Part shown: positions 19,350 through 28,762 of the stretch, in pieces
Layout of the letters: each line of letters opens with the position of its first letter
Position numbering within the stretch: position 1 is the stretch's first letter
Assembly: GCA_963815115.1 (NCBI GenBank)
Contig: CAWFFN010000009.1
Span: 160,001-224,000, forward strand
Direction of reading: 5' to 3'
Length of the DNA stretch: 64,000 bases
Source of the DNA: an uncultured delta proteobacterium
Lineage (GTDB): Bacteria; Desulfobacterota; Binatia; DP-6
Program-made: the position numbers and the translations under genes
Notes under the pieces: model-generated
What the model was told of the DNA's origin: nothing
What the model saw: the letters and a program-made list of their open reading frames with translations, nothing else
Database searches by the model: none

Positions 19350-19645
19350 ACGCCCCGGGGCGTCGTGCACCACGCTGCGCCGGACCGGCCGACGTAGCCC
19401 CCAGACCCGGACCTCCACCTCTCTTCGCCTTCCGACAGGGCGGCGTCACAGCCTCCGACGCGCATCGGGCCGCGCCGCACGGGGTGCCGGACGACCCGGA
19501 CCCGCGGTGCTCGCGGGGGCGAACTAGGCTGCGAACGCGTTCATCCTGGACGAAGGGGTTGACACGGAGGGTCGAAGGATGGGCGCAAACCCGGCGACGA
19601 GGTACACGGTTCGAGGGCATGACGGGGCTCCGCGGTTCATCCGGG

Positions 19646-20863
19646 ATGAAAACTGCAGTCGAGATGCGTCCCGCCCGCGTCGGGCCGGCCGCCGATCAGT
19701 CCGGTCGAGGTGCTCTCCCCGCGGGTCAGCGGCCCGGACGCAGATACTTCCCGGAGCTCGAGTCGCTGCGCGGGATGGCCGTGTCGCAGGTCTTCGCCAT
19801 GCACGCGGTCGGATGGGTATTCGGGGGTCTGGCCGGCACGAGCGCGCTGTTCCCGGCACTCGTGAAGAGCGATCGGCTCGGGGTCGACCTCTTCTTCGTG
19901 CTGAGTGCGTTCCTCCTCTCCCTGCCCTTCCTGGAAGACGCCGCCGGCGGCCCTCGCGTCCGCGTGCGAGGGTACTTCGGACGCCGCGCGTTGCGGATAC
20001 TACCCGCCTACTATGTCGCGACGGTCATCGGCACCGTCCTGTTGGCGAAGCAGCCCCGCGATCTGCTCCGAGGGCTTCCCTACCTGGTCTTTTTGAACCC
20101 GTTCGCCACCCCGCTCCGGCCGTACAGCGACGTGTGGTGGAGTCTCGCGACCGAGGTCCAGTTCTACGCCGTGCTCCCGCTCCTTGCTGTGCTCGGCCGC
20201 TCGACCGCCGGGCGCCGGCTCGGGGTCGCGGCCCTGCTCGTCTGGATGGCCAGCTATCTCGCCTTCCTGAGCGGTGTGCTCGTCCCTCGCAGCGCCGCAG
20301 GCCTCTTGACCTTCGAAGCATCCCTCTTCGGCCGCGCGCCGCTCTTCCTTGCCGGCATCGCCGCCGCAGCAGTGTACCGGGCGCACGGCGCGAGCATCCG
20401 CGAGCGGCTCGAGCGCGCTCGTTTCATGCGCAAGGGCGGGAGCGACCTCCTTCTCGTGCTGGTGATCCTGGGAATCGCAGCCTTCTCCCGCTGGCAGGAG
20501 ACGCTCGGCCCCGCACTTCTTCTGTCGCCCCGCTACCAGTACCGCGACCTCGTGACCGCGGCCCTGGTCGTCGCGCTGCTCTTGCTTCTCGTGCTCGCGC
20601 CGCTGCGGTCGAAGGCGCTGTTCGTCAACCCGATCTTCGGGGGACTCGGTATCATCTCGTATTCCGTCTACCTGATACACCTCCCACTCATGATCTTCCT
20701 GATCGGCTATCGCCCCTTCGCGAGCATCATCAGGAACGTTCCGGATGTTCGCCTCCAGCCGTTCGTGGTGTTCATCGCGATCGCCACCGCGTGCGTCGCC
20801 GTCTCGACCCTGACCTATTGGGTCATCGAGCGGCCCTTTCTGCTGCGGAAGAGCAGGCTCTGA
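19646..20863 (+). CDS. Acyltransferase-3 (OafA/YrhL-like) membrane O-acyltransferase
   Basis: ELESLRGMA, GVDLFFVLSAFLL, RRALRILPAY, WSLATEVQFY, GIISYSVYLIH, YWVIERP. Confidence 0.88.
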   Translation: MKTAVEMRPARVGPAADQSGRGALPAGQRPGRRYFPELESLRGMAVSQVFAMHAVGWVFGGLAGTSALFPALVKSDRLGVDLFFVLSAFLLSLPFLEDAAGGPRVRVRGYFGRRALRILPAYYVATVIGTVLLAKQPRDLLRGLPYLVFLNPFATPLRPYSDVWWSLATEVQFYAVLPLLAVLGRSTAGRRLGVAALLVWMASYLAFLSGVLVPRSAAGLLTFEASLFGRAPLFLAGIAAAAVYRAHGASIRERLERARFMRKGGSDLLLVLVILGIAAFSRWQETLGPALLLSPRYQYRDLVTAALVVALLLLLVLAPLRSKALFVNPIFGGLGIISYSVYLIHLPLMIFLIGYRPFASIIRNVPDVRLQPFVVFIAIATACVAVSTLTYWVIERPFLLRKSRL

Positions 20864-20990
20864 CCCCGCCGCCCGGGATGGTCTGAGGGTCCATCCGGAT
20901 CATCACCACGACAGCATGCGGCTCACTCGCGGTGATTTCGCGAACGGACCGCCGTGCTACAAGACGAACGGGAGAACGGTCCAGGCCACC

Positions 20991-21630
20991 ATGAGCGTTC
21001 AGCCGTACAGGATCGACATACCGGAATCCGTTCTCGATGACTTGCAGGGCAGGCTCGCGAGAGTTCGCCTCGCAAAGGGGATTGACGGCGGCGGCTGGGA
21101 CTACGGAACGAGCCCGTCATACCTCCGGGAGCTGTGCGACTATTGGCAACGGGACTTCGACTGGAGGAAACAGGAACGCTTCCTGAACAGCTTCCGCCAC
21201 TTCCGCGCTGACGTCGATGGTGTTGGACTTCATTTCATCCACGAGAAAGGCAAGGGTGAGCATCCCATCCCCTCTTGCTGGTGCATGGTTGGCCCGACTC
21301 CTTCGCGCGTTTTCTGAAGGTCATCCCCATGCTGACGGACCCGGTGGCGCAATGCGGACTTGCAGCCGTCATTCGACGTCGTCGTGCCGAGCCTACCGGG
21401 CTTCGGCTTTTCGGATCGACCGCACGAGGCCGGTCTGACCTTCAGCTTCGGTGATCTCCTCCACGGACTCATGGTCGACCTGGGCTATCAGCGCTTTGCC
21501 GTCCAGGGTGGCGACTGGGGCGGCACGGTGTGGCGGACATTTCGCGGCCCTGGAGGAACCCGGGCTCTTCGTCGAGGAGCTTCGTGCGACGTTTCGCCCG
21601 CTGTGGTCGGAGGCCGGCGAGCAAGCCTAG
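20991..21630 (+). pseudogene. Epoxide hydrolase remnant (frameshifts plus large internal deletion)
   Basis: EHN domain (PYRIDIPESVLDDL, WDYGT, FDWRKQE), HGWPDSF, VVPSLPGFGFS, QGGDWGG, then immediately the C-terminal GGHFAALEEP motif. AT-richer codons than neighbours. Confidence 0.8.
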
Positions 21631-21669
21631 CGCGAGAGGGTGACGGCGGTCCCACCGGCACCCACGCCC

Positions 21670-22341
21670 TCAGCCGGCTTCGCCAGTCGGGTGGACAGGG
21701 TACGGCCAGGCAGTCGCTGGGGGCGCCAGCCCGGGTGCAAGCTCCGGCGCGGGTTCGGGCGCGCCGGGTGCGAGCCGCAGCGGCATCACTCCCGCCCAGA
21801 CCGGCCACGTCATGTCCTCCTCGTCGTCGATCGGCCCGCCGGTCCGTACCTTCGCGACCGCCTCACGGAGCGGCAGCTCCAGCACCAGCGTCGCCTTGAG
21901 CTCCTGCTCGTTCGGCGACCGCACGCTGGCCCATCGCCCCGGATACAGGCGCTCGGTGAAGGCCTCGAGTGCCGTGAGCTTGCGGTCCCGCTCCGTGATC
22001 TCGGTCGCGCGGCCAAACAGCACCACCGAGCGGTAGTTGATCGAATGGTGGAACGCTGACCGCGCCAGCACCAGGCCGTCGATCAGCGCGACGCTGATGC
22101 AGAGTTCGGCGCCGCCCGTCGCTGCCAGGAGGGTGCGGCTCTTGCTCGAGCCGTGGAACACGACGGCATCGCCCACACGCGCATAGGCGGTGGGAATGAC
22201 GATGGGCCGGCCGCTCTCGACGAAGCCCACGTGGCAGACGAGCCCGGCGTCGAGGATGGCGTGGACGGTCTCGGCATCGTACGAGGCGCGCGCCGGCAGG
22301 CGGCGAACTCGCGTGCGGTCGGTCTGGGCGAAGGCGCTCAT
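21670..22341 (-). CDS. Pyridoxamine 5'-phosphate oxidase-like flavin-binding protein
   Basis: RTRVRRLPARASYD, CHVGF, DGLVLARSAFHHSINYRSV, AKVRTGGP. Confidence 0.88.
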   Translation of the reverse strand: MSAFAQTDRTRVRRLPARASYDAETVHAILDAGLVCHVGFVESGRPIVIPTAYARVGDAVVFHGSSKSRTLLAATGGAELCISVALIDGLVLARSAFHHSINYRSVVLFGRATEITERDRKLTALEAFTERLYPGRWASVRSPNEQELKATLVLELPLREAVAKVRTGGPIDDEEDMTWPVWAGVMPLRLAPGAPEPAPELAPGLAPPATAWPYPVHPTGEAG

Positions 22342-22361
22342 GCATGCGAGAGTCACACATC

Positions 22362-22408
22362 ATTGGACCCATGAACAGGGCCATTATTGAACAATTCATG
22401 GAGCCAAT
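22362..22408. promoter_or_regulatory. Putative MocR/GabR operator (inverted repeat)
   Basis: ATTGGACCCATGAA (22362-22375) and TTCATGGAGCCAAT (22395-22408) are 12/14 inverted, in an AT-rich divergent intergenic region next to the MocR gene. Confidence 0.6.
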
Positions 22409-22510
22409 TTCTGAGCCGGAACGCGCCGGGACACCCCCGGATGCGCAGCGAGAGGGGCACAGCTCCTCGCGACATTGCATCGCGCGGGCCTTGCGCCCTA
22501 AGCAGCGGGC

Positions 22511-24013
22511 ATGCCTCGCCCGAGCGCAGTTCTCGGCACGCTCTCCCTCGAGCGCACCGGCGCCGTCGCGCTCCAGCGCCAGCTCTACGGTGCGCTGCGC
22601 GAGGCGATCCTCACGGGCCGCCTCCCGCCGGGCACCCGCCTGCCCTCGAGCCGCACCCTCGCCGGCGATCTGGGCGCTGCCCGCAACACCGTCGTCGGAG
22701 CCTTCGAGCAACTCGCGGCCGAGGGCTACGTCGAGGCGCGGGTCGGCGACGGTACCCGGGTGGCGGCGGTGTTGCCGGAGACCCTCCTGCACGCCGGCCG
22801 GGCGCACGTCCCGCAGGCCGCCCGCCCGAGCGCCCCGGACCTGTCGCGGCGCGGGCGGGCGATCGTCGCTGCGCGCCGCCCGCTGCCGGACGCGAGCCGG
22901 CGCGCATTCCAGCCGGGACTTCCCGCGCTCGAGGAGTTCCCGAGCGAAACGTGGGCGCGCCTGGTCGCCCGTCGCTCCCGGGCACCGGTCCGGGGCAGCC
23001 TGGGCTACGGTCATCCCGCAGGCCTGCCCCTGCTGCGGCAGGCGATCGCCGCCTACGCCGGCGGCGCACGCGGCGTGATCTGCGATGCGGAGCAGGTGAT
23101 CGTCGTCGCGGGCGCCCAGGCGGGGCTCGATCTCGCGTGCCGCCTCCTCCTCGACGCCGGCGACGCCGCGTGGATGGAGGAGCCCGGCTACCTCGGCGCG
23201 CGCGGGGCGCTCCTGGGAGCGGGAGCGCAACCGGTCCCCGTCGCGGTCGACGCCGAGGGCATCGACGTGGAGGCGGGACGGCGCGCGGGCCGCCCGGCAC
23301 GTCTCGTCTACGTGACACCGTCCCATCAGTTCCCGCTCGGCGTGACCATGACCCTCGCCCGCCGGCTCGCACTGCTGGCCTGGGCGGCGGAGGCGGGCGC
23401 GTGGGTTCTCGAGGACGACTACGACAGCGAGTATCGCTACGCCGGCCGGCCGATCGCCGCCATGCAGGGACTCGATCCCGCCGGACGCGTCGTGTACGCG
23501 GGCACGTTCAGCAAGACCATGTTCCCGGCGCTGCGTGCGGGCTACCTGATCGTTCCGCCTGCGCTGGTCGACGCCTTCGGCGCGGCGGTGCGCGTGACCG
23601 GCCACCAGGTGCCGGCAGCGGAGCAGGCGGCGCTCGCCGACTTCATCACCGAGGGGCATTTCGCGTCCCACGTGCGGCGCATGCGCGCTCTGTACGCTGC
23701 ACGGCGCGAGCACCTGGTGGCAGCGTTGCAGCGGAGGTTGCCGGCGCTCCTCGAGGTCGTCCCCTCGGAGGGCGGCATGCAGCTGGCGGCGACCCTGGCG
23801 CCCGGCGTGGACGACGTGGCCGCCTCGCGGGCGGCGGATGCGGCCGGCATCGTCGCGCCCCCGCTCTCGATGTATCACCTCGGCCCACGTCGGCTCCGCG
23901 GGCTGCATCTGGGCTATGCGAGCGTGCGCGAGCGCGAGGTCACTTCGGCGGTGGAGCGCCTCGCGCGCGCGCTCGAGTCGGTCGCCCCGAGGCGCAGCCG
24001 GCGCGTTCCGTGA
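22511..24013 (+). CDS. MocR/GabR-family regulator (GntR HTH + PLP aminotransferase domain)
   Basis: RLPSSRTLA..RNTVVGAFEQLAAEGY, YVTPSHQFPLG, EDDYDSEYRY, GTFSK. Confidence 0.93.
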   Translation: MPRPSAVLGTLSLERTGAVALQRQLYGALREAILTGRLPPGTRLPSSRTLAGDLGAARNTVVGAFEQLAAEGYVEARVGDGTRVAAVLPETLLHAGRAHVPQAARPSAPDLSRRGRAIVAARRPLPDASRRAFQPGLPALEEFPSETWARLVARRSRAPVRGSLGYGHPAGLPLLRQAIAAYAGGARGVICDAEQVIVVAGAQAGLDLACRLLLDAGDAAWMEEPGYLGARGALLGAGAQPVPVAVDAEGIDVEAGRRAGRPARLVYVTPSHQFPLGVTMTLARRLALLAWAAEAGAWVLEDDYDSEYRYAGRPIAAMQGLDPAGRVVYAGTFSKTMFPALRAGYLIVPPALVDAFGAAVRVTGHQVPAAEQAALADFITEGHFASHVRRMRALYAARREHLVAALQRRLPALLEVVPSEGGMQLAATLAPGVDDVAASRAADAAGIVAPPLSMYHLGPRRLRGLHLGYASVREREVTSAVERLARALESVAPRRSRRVP

Positions 24014-24169
24014 GCAGGGCAAGCCGATACGCCGTGCCCGTTGCCGCGCCGAGCCTGGTGGCTCCGGCAGTTCCCGGACGCGGGGATCGGCTGGCCACCC
24101 TGCCCGTTCCTCACGGGCGCCACCGGTGATGAGCGGTGGCGTGCCGTCGCGGCGGGTGCTACCCCCGCG

Positions 24170-25240
24170 ATGCTTGATCGCATGATCCTGCTCAATCCGG
24201 GTCCCGTGAACGTCTCGCCGCGCGTCACCGCCGCGCTCGGTCGCGGCGATCTGTGCCACCGCGAGCCGGAGTGCGCCGCGCTCCTGGAGCGCATCCGCGG
24301 CCGGCTCCTCGAAGCGTTTGCGCCGCGCGCCGGCTTCACGGCCGTGCTGATCACCGGCTCGGGAACTGCCGCCGTCGAGGCCGCGGTGACCAGCGTGTGC
24401 TCGGAGCGGGGCCGCCTGGCGGTCGTGTGCAACGGCATCTACGGCGAGCGCATCGTGGCCATGGCGGCGGCGGCGCGCATTCCGGTGACGCGATTGGAGG
24501 GTGCCTGGACCGCTCCGCCGGATCTGGCCGCGGTCGAGGCGGCGCTCCGCGCGCCGGACGTCGAGGCGGTCGCGGTCGTGCACCACGAGACCACGACCGG
24601 TCTGATCAACCCGGTCGCGGAGATCGCGCGGCGGGCGCGTGCGCTCGGCAAGCTCGTGCTGGTCGACGCGGTCAGCGGACTCGGCGGCGAGCCGCTCGAC
24701 GTCGCCGGGATCGACCTGGTCGTGGGCACCGGCGGCAAGTGCATCCAGGCGTTTCCCGGCATGGGATTCGTGCTGGTGCGGCGGGACGTGCTGGACCGGC
24801 TCGCCGCCTACCCACGCCGTTCGGTCTACCTGTCGCTGGCCACCTACACCGCGAGCGCCATGCCGTTCACTCCGGCGGTGCAGGTCGCGTACGCGCTCGA
24901 CGAGGCGCTCGCCGAGCTGCTCGAGGAGACCGTCGCGGGCCGCATCGCGCGCTACGCCGGCGCGGCGGCGCTCCTGCGCGACGGGTTCGGGCGCCTCGGG
25001 CTCGAGCTCGTCCTCCCGCCCGATCTGCGCTCCAACACCATCACGTCGCTCCGCTTTCCGCCGGGTCGGAGCTACCCCGAGCTGCACGACGCGCTCAAGG
25101 CGCGCGGGTACGTGATCTACGAGGGACAGGGATGGTTCGCGAAGGAGGCGTTCCGGGTGGCGAACATGGGGGTGCTCGGGCGCGCGGACCTCGAGGGCTT
25201 CCTGGTCGCGCTCGGCGACGCGCTCGGAGCCGCCCGATGA
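24170..25240 (+). CDS. 2-aminoethylphosphonate transaminase (class V, PhnW/AepZ-like)
   Basis: LLNPGPV, DLCHRE, GSGTAAVEA, NGIYGER, HHETTTGLINP, SVYLSL, PFTPAV, YVIYEGQG. Confidence 0.87.
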   Translation: MLDRMILLNPGPVNVSPRVTAALGRGDLCHREPECAALLERIRGRLLEAFAPRAGFTAVLITGSGTAAVEAAVTSVCSERGRLAVVCNGIYGERIVAMAAAARIPVTRLEGAWTAPPDLAAVEAALRAPDVEAVAVVHHETTTGLINPVAEIARRARALGKLVLVDAVSGLGGEPLDVAGIDLVVGTGGKCIQAFPGMGFVLVRRDVLDRLAAYPRRSVYLSLATYTASAMPFTPAVQVAYALDEALAELLEETVAGRIARYAGAAALLRDGFGRLGLELVLPPDLRSNTITSLRFPPGRSYPELHDALKARGYVIYEGQGWFAKEAFRVANMGVLGRADLEGFLVALGDALGAAR

Positions 25241-25971
25241 CCGCGATCGTCCTCGCCGCCGGGGTCGGAAAGCGCCTGCTGAACGCCTCCGGTGGCCGCC
25301 CCAAGTGCCTCATCGAGATCGGCGGCAAGAGCCTGCTGCGCCGGCTGCTGGAGAGCCTCGCGGCCGCCGGGGTGCGCGAGGCGGTGGTGGTGGCGGGCTT
25401 CGGGGACGCGGAGGTGCGCGCCGCGCTCGCCCCTCCGGTCGACGGCATCGCCGTCCGCTGCCTCACCAACCCGCGTTTCCGGGAAGGCGCGATCCTCTCC
25501 CTGTGGACGGCGCGCGACGCCCTCGACGGCGGCGTGCTGATCATGGACGCCGACGTGCTCTGCCCGAGCGCGATGCTGGCGCGGCTCGTGACGTCGCAGC
25601 ACGCGAACTGCTTCCTGCTCGATGCGAGCCAGGAGAACACCGGCGAGGAGCAGATGCTGCTGGTGCAGGACGGCCGCGTCCGCAACATCGTACGCGGCGG
25701 CGCCCCGGGGTACGACCTGATGGGCGAATCGATCGGCTTCCTGAAGCTCGGCGCGGACGCCGCCCGATGTCTGCGCGAGCTGCTGGCCGCTCGGGTGGAG
25801 ACCGGGGACACGAGCATCGAGCACGAGGAGGTGTATCCGGCGCTCCTGGAACGCGTCGACGTCGGATTCGAGCGGGTGGACGGCATGCCGTGGATCGAGA
25901 TCGACTTCCCGGAGGACGTGGCGAGAGCGGAGCGGGAGGTCCTCCCCCGGATCGAGGGACACGCGCGGTGA
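25237..25971 (+). CDS. LicC/PntC-family (phosphonyl/phosphocholine) cytidylyltransferase
   Basis: IVLAAGVGKRL..PKCL, MDADV, GESIGF, WIEIDFPED. ATGA-coupled to the transaminase. Confidence 0.87.
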   Translation: MTAIVLAAGVGKRLLNASGGRPKCLIEIGGKSLLRRLLESLAAAGVREAVVVAGFGDAEVRAALAPPVDGIAVRCLTNPRFREGAILSLWTARDALDGGVLIMDADVLCPSAMLARLVTSQHANCFLLDASQENTGEEQMLLVQDGRVRNIVRGGAPGYDLMGESIGFLKLGADAARCLRELLAARVETGDTSIEHEEVYPALLERVDVGFERVDGMPWIEIDFPEDVARAEREVLPRIEGHAR

Positions 25972-26672
25972 CGGAAGGCGGGGGCGCTGCCGTCCCCGTC
26001 GGCAATCCGCGCGACGGCTACTTCGACCGGCTGGTGTCCCGCCGGCTGTCGCCCGCCGTGACGCGCCTGCTGCTCCCGACCGCCCTCACCCCGAACGCGG
26101 TCACCATCGCGAGCACTGCCATCGGGGTCGTGGGCGGTCTGCTGGTGGGCAGCGAGGGGAGCGCCGGCATCGTCGCGGGGATCCTGTGCCTCCTCGTCTC
26201 GGGGGTCCTCGACTGCTGCGACGGCGAGCTGGCGCGGCTCCGCGGGACCAGCTCCCGTATGGGGCACGCACTCGACGTCCTCGGGGACACGCTGGTGGCC
26301 GTCGCGTTGCTCGCGGGCATCGCGCTGCATCTGGCGCGTGCCGGCAGCTTCCCCGGCTGGCCGGCGCTCGTCGCGCTCCTCCTCGGCGTCGCCGGCGCCT
26401 TCGCCGTCATCACGTGGAGCGAGGCAAGGGCAGCGCGCCGGCGCCAGGTCGCGTGCTGGGAGAACGGCGTCCTCGACGGCGTCCTCGGTCCGCTGACGAC
26501 GCGCGACTGGTACGTGTTTCCCGTCGCCTTCGCGCTGGCGGGCCGGCTCGGCTGGCTGGTCCCGGCGGCTGCGGTGGGCGCCCACGTCTTCTGGCTGGTG
26601 ACGCTGGTGCTCCTGCTGCGCGTGCTCCGAGCCGCTCAGCTCCACGGAAGCGCGGCTCGCGTCCGCCAGTAG
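25968..26672 (+). CDS. CDP-alcohol phosphotransferase
   Basis: TPNAVT and DCCDGELAR..SSRMGHALDVLGD signature; multiple TM helices; GTGA-coupled. Confidence 0.88.
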   Translation: MTEGGGAAVPVGNPRDGYFDRLVSRRLSPAVTRLLLPTALTPNAVTIASTAIGVVGGLLVGSEGSAGIVAGILCLLVSGVLDCCDGELARLRGTSSRMGHALDVLGDTLVAVALLAGIALHLARAGSFPGWPALVALLLGVAGAFAVITWSEARAARRRQVACWENGVLDGVLGPLTTRDWYVFPVAFALAGRLGWLVPAAAVGAHVFWLVTLVLLLRVLRAAQLHGSAARVRQ

Positions 26673-27631
26673 CGCTCCGGCGGCTCGGCGAGCGCGGCGA
26701 GCGCATGGCGCGCGTCGCCGAGGGGCGGTGCGGAGACCGCCGCGACGTGCGACACGAGCTGTCCGGTCGTCGCCGCTCCCGAGAGCACCATGTCGACGAA
26801 CGGGTGCGCGAGCGCGAAGGCGATGGCCAGCCGGTCGACGGGCAGCCCGCCGGCTGCCGCGCGCAGGCGTGCCAGCAGCTCCACATCCTCGGGACGATCG
26901 TTCAGGTCGGTCAGCCGGCCATTCGCGTGGACCTCCTTGACGGTGACGCCCAGCCCGGCGTCATGCGCCGCGGTCAGCCCGGGTGCGAGCGACGGCTCGA
27001 GGACGTTGAAGGTCGCCTGCACCGTGTCGAAGACGCGCTCCCCGTCGACGCGAGCCTCGAGGGCAAGATCGAGCGCGCGCGCAGACGTCGGGCCGCTGAG
27101 GGTGAGGCCGATGGCGCGAAACCCGCCGCTGCGCCTCGCCTCGACCAGCGCGCGCAGCAGGATCTCGTCGGTGAGGCAGCCCGACTCCACGGTGGCGCTG
27201 TGGATCTGGTAGAGATCGAGCCAGTCGCCGAGAAGGGCGCGGCTCTCCGCGAGCTGGCTCCGGAAGCGGGGTGACGACAGCTCCTTCTCCTCGTGCACGG
27301 GCGCATCGACCGACCAGCCCGCCGTGTAGCGATACCCCCACTTGCTGCCCACGGTCAGCTCCGGTCGCGTCACCGCCCGGGCGAGGAGCCAGCGCGACAG
27401 GAACTCCTCGGCGCTTCCGTAGCTGCGCGCGGCGTCGACGTAGCGTACGCCCGCCGCGCGGGCGGCGTCGAGCAGCTCGGCGGTGCGCGCGAAGAGGACA
27501 TCCGGACCGCGCGCCGCGCCCAGGTCGCGCGCACGTCCCAGCGTGATGTAGCCGGGCCGGCCGACGGCGGCGAGCCCGAGGCCGAGCCGCGAGACCTCCA
27601 GCCCGCTGCGGCCGAGCACGCGGCGCTCCAT
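26636..27631 (-). CDS. Aldo/keto reductase
   Basis: RVLGRSGLEVSRLGLG, DAARSYG, SKWGY, LYQIHSAT. Confidence 0.88.
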   Translation of the reverse strand: MERRVLGRSGLEVSRLGLGLAAVGRPGYITLGRARDLGAARGPDVLFARTAELLDAARAAGVRYVDAARSYGSAEEFLSRWLLARAVTRPELTVGSKWGYRYTAGWSVDAPVHEEKELSSPRFRSQLAESRALLGDWLDLYQIHSATVESGCLTDEILLRALVEARRSGGFRAIGLTLSGPTSARALDLALEARVDGERVFDTVQATFNVLEPSLAPGLTAAHDAGLGVTVKEVHANGRLTDLNDRPEDVELLARLRAAAGGLPVDRLAIAFALAHPFVDMVLSGAATTGQLVSHVAAVSAPPLGDARHALAALAEPPERYWRTRAALPWS

Positions 27632-27652
27632 CGCCCGACGATAGGTCGCGGC

Positions 27653-28762
27653 TCAGGCGCTCTTCAATCCCTGGAGGTCCGCCGTCCGTCGCGCCAGGTA
27701 GAGCAAGCCGATGCCGTCGAAGAAGACCTCGCGCGCCCGCTTGAGGAGCCACAGCGTCAGGGCTTCTGCCTCGGGCATGCCGAGGAACGTGCACAGCCAG
27801 ACGCCGCCCAGCTCCTGGGTGCCGATGCTGCCCGGGATGACGAGCGCGGTCGCGCGGATCGGCTGGGAGAGCGTCTCGATGACGAAGGCGTCGAGCCAGG
27901 ACACGCTTCCGCCCGTCAGCACGACGATGACCACCACCTCGGCGACGCCGATCAGCCAGCCGACGAAGTGGCACGTGGCGGCGAGCAGGAAGGCGCGCGG
28001 CTCCCAGCGATAGAACTCGCGCAGCCGGACGTCGAAGGCGGCGGCCCCGGACTCCAGGCGGGCGACGAACCCCGCGCGGGGCGCGAACCGGCGGAGCGTT
28101 CGCCAGAGGGCGGTCGCCGGGCTGCGTCGCTGCACCCAGACCAGGCCTCCGGTGAAGGCAAGGCAGATCACGATCAGCGCGACGAGCCAGCCCATGGCCA
28201 TCTGCGGGCGCCCGAGACGCAGGAGGAGCGCGGCGATGCCGAGCGCCGTGAACAGACTCTGCGACGCGACCAGCGCGGTCTTCGAGATCACCACGGAGGC
28301 GAAGGCTTCGGCGCCGCTCACCTGCCAGCGGCGCAGGAGGTACGCCTTGATCGGCTCGCCGCCGACGGCGGCCGCGGGCGTGAGGCTGTTCACCGCCTCG
28401 CCGGCCATGCGGCTCAGCGTGAGCGAGGAGAACGGCACCCTCCCCCGCGCCGCCACGGACAGCGTGTAGCGCCAGCCGAACGCATCGGCCAGGGTCACCA
28501 GGGCGTAGGGAACGAGGATGAGCGGTGCGGCCCAGCCGAGCGCGCGTACCCGGTGCCAGACGGGCTCGAGCCCGGCGTGGTGCAGGAGCCAGCCAAGGAC
28601 GGCGAGCCCGGCGGCGGCGGCGAGCACGGTGGTCACGCGGCGACGAATCGGGCTGGCGGTGACGGCGTCCTGCGCGCCGGCGCGAGCCGGGGCCGGCAGG
28701 GCGCGCTTGCGCGACCGCTCAGCGCCCACGTCGGCCGCCAGGATGGTTTCGGGCGATGTCAC
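27653..28762 (-). CDS. Lysylphosphatidylglycerol-synthase-TM (flippase-like, HpnL-like) membrane protein
   Basis: RMAGEAVNSLTP..VGGEPIKAYLL, IPGSIGTQE, KRARE; multiple TM helices. Confidence 0.8.
   Translation of the reverse strand: MTSPETILAADVGAERSRKRALPAPARAGAQDAVTASPIRRRVTTVLAAAAGLAVLGWLLHHAGLEPVWHRVRALGWAAPLILVPYALVTLADAFGWRYTLSVAARGRVPFSSLTLSRMAGEAVNSLTPAAAVGGEPIKAYLLRRWQVSGAEAFASVVISKTALVASQSLFTALGIAALLLRLGRPQMAMGWLVALIVICLAFTGGLVWVQRRSPATALWRTLRRFAPRAGFVARLESGAAAFDVRLREFYRWEPRAFLLAATCHFVGWLIGVAEVVVIVVLTGGSVSWLDAFVIETLSQPIRATALVIPGSIGTQELGGVWLCTFLGMPEAEALTLWLLKRAREVFFDGIGLLYLARRTADLQGLKSA

Noticed and set aside
21863-25087. Very long ORFs in the track (e.g. 21863-25087 -, 36515-39625 -, 16944-19169 -, 57665-59827 -, and the N-terminal parts of 53228-56593 and 53366-59923)
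   Set aside because: Antisense or off-frame shadows of clear genes; Arg/Ala/Gly/Pro-rich with no motifs, as expected at very high GC.
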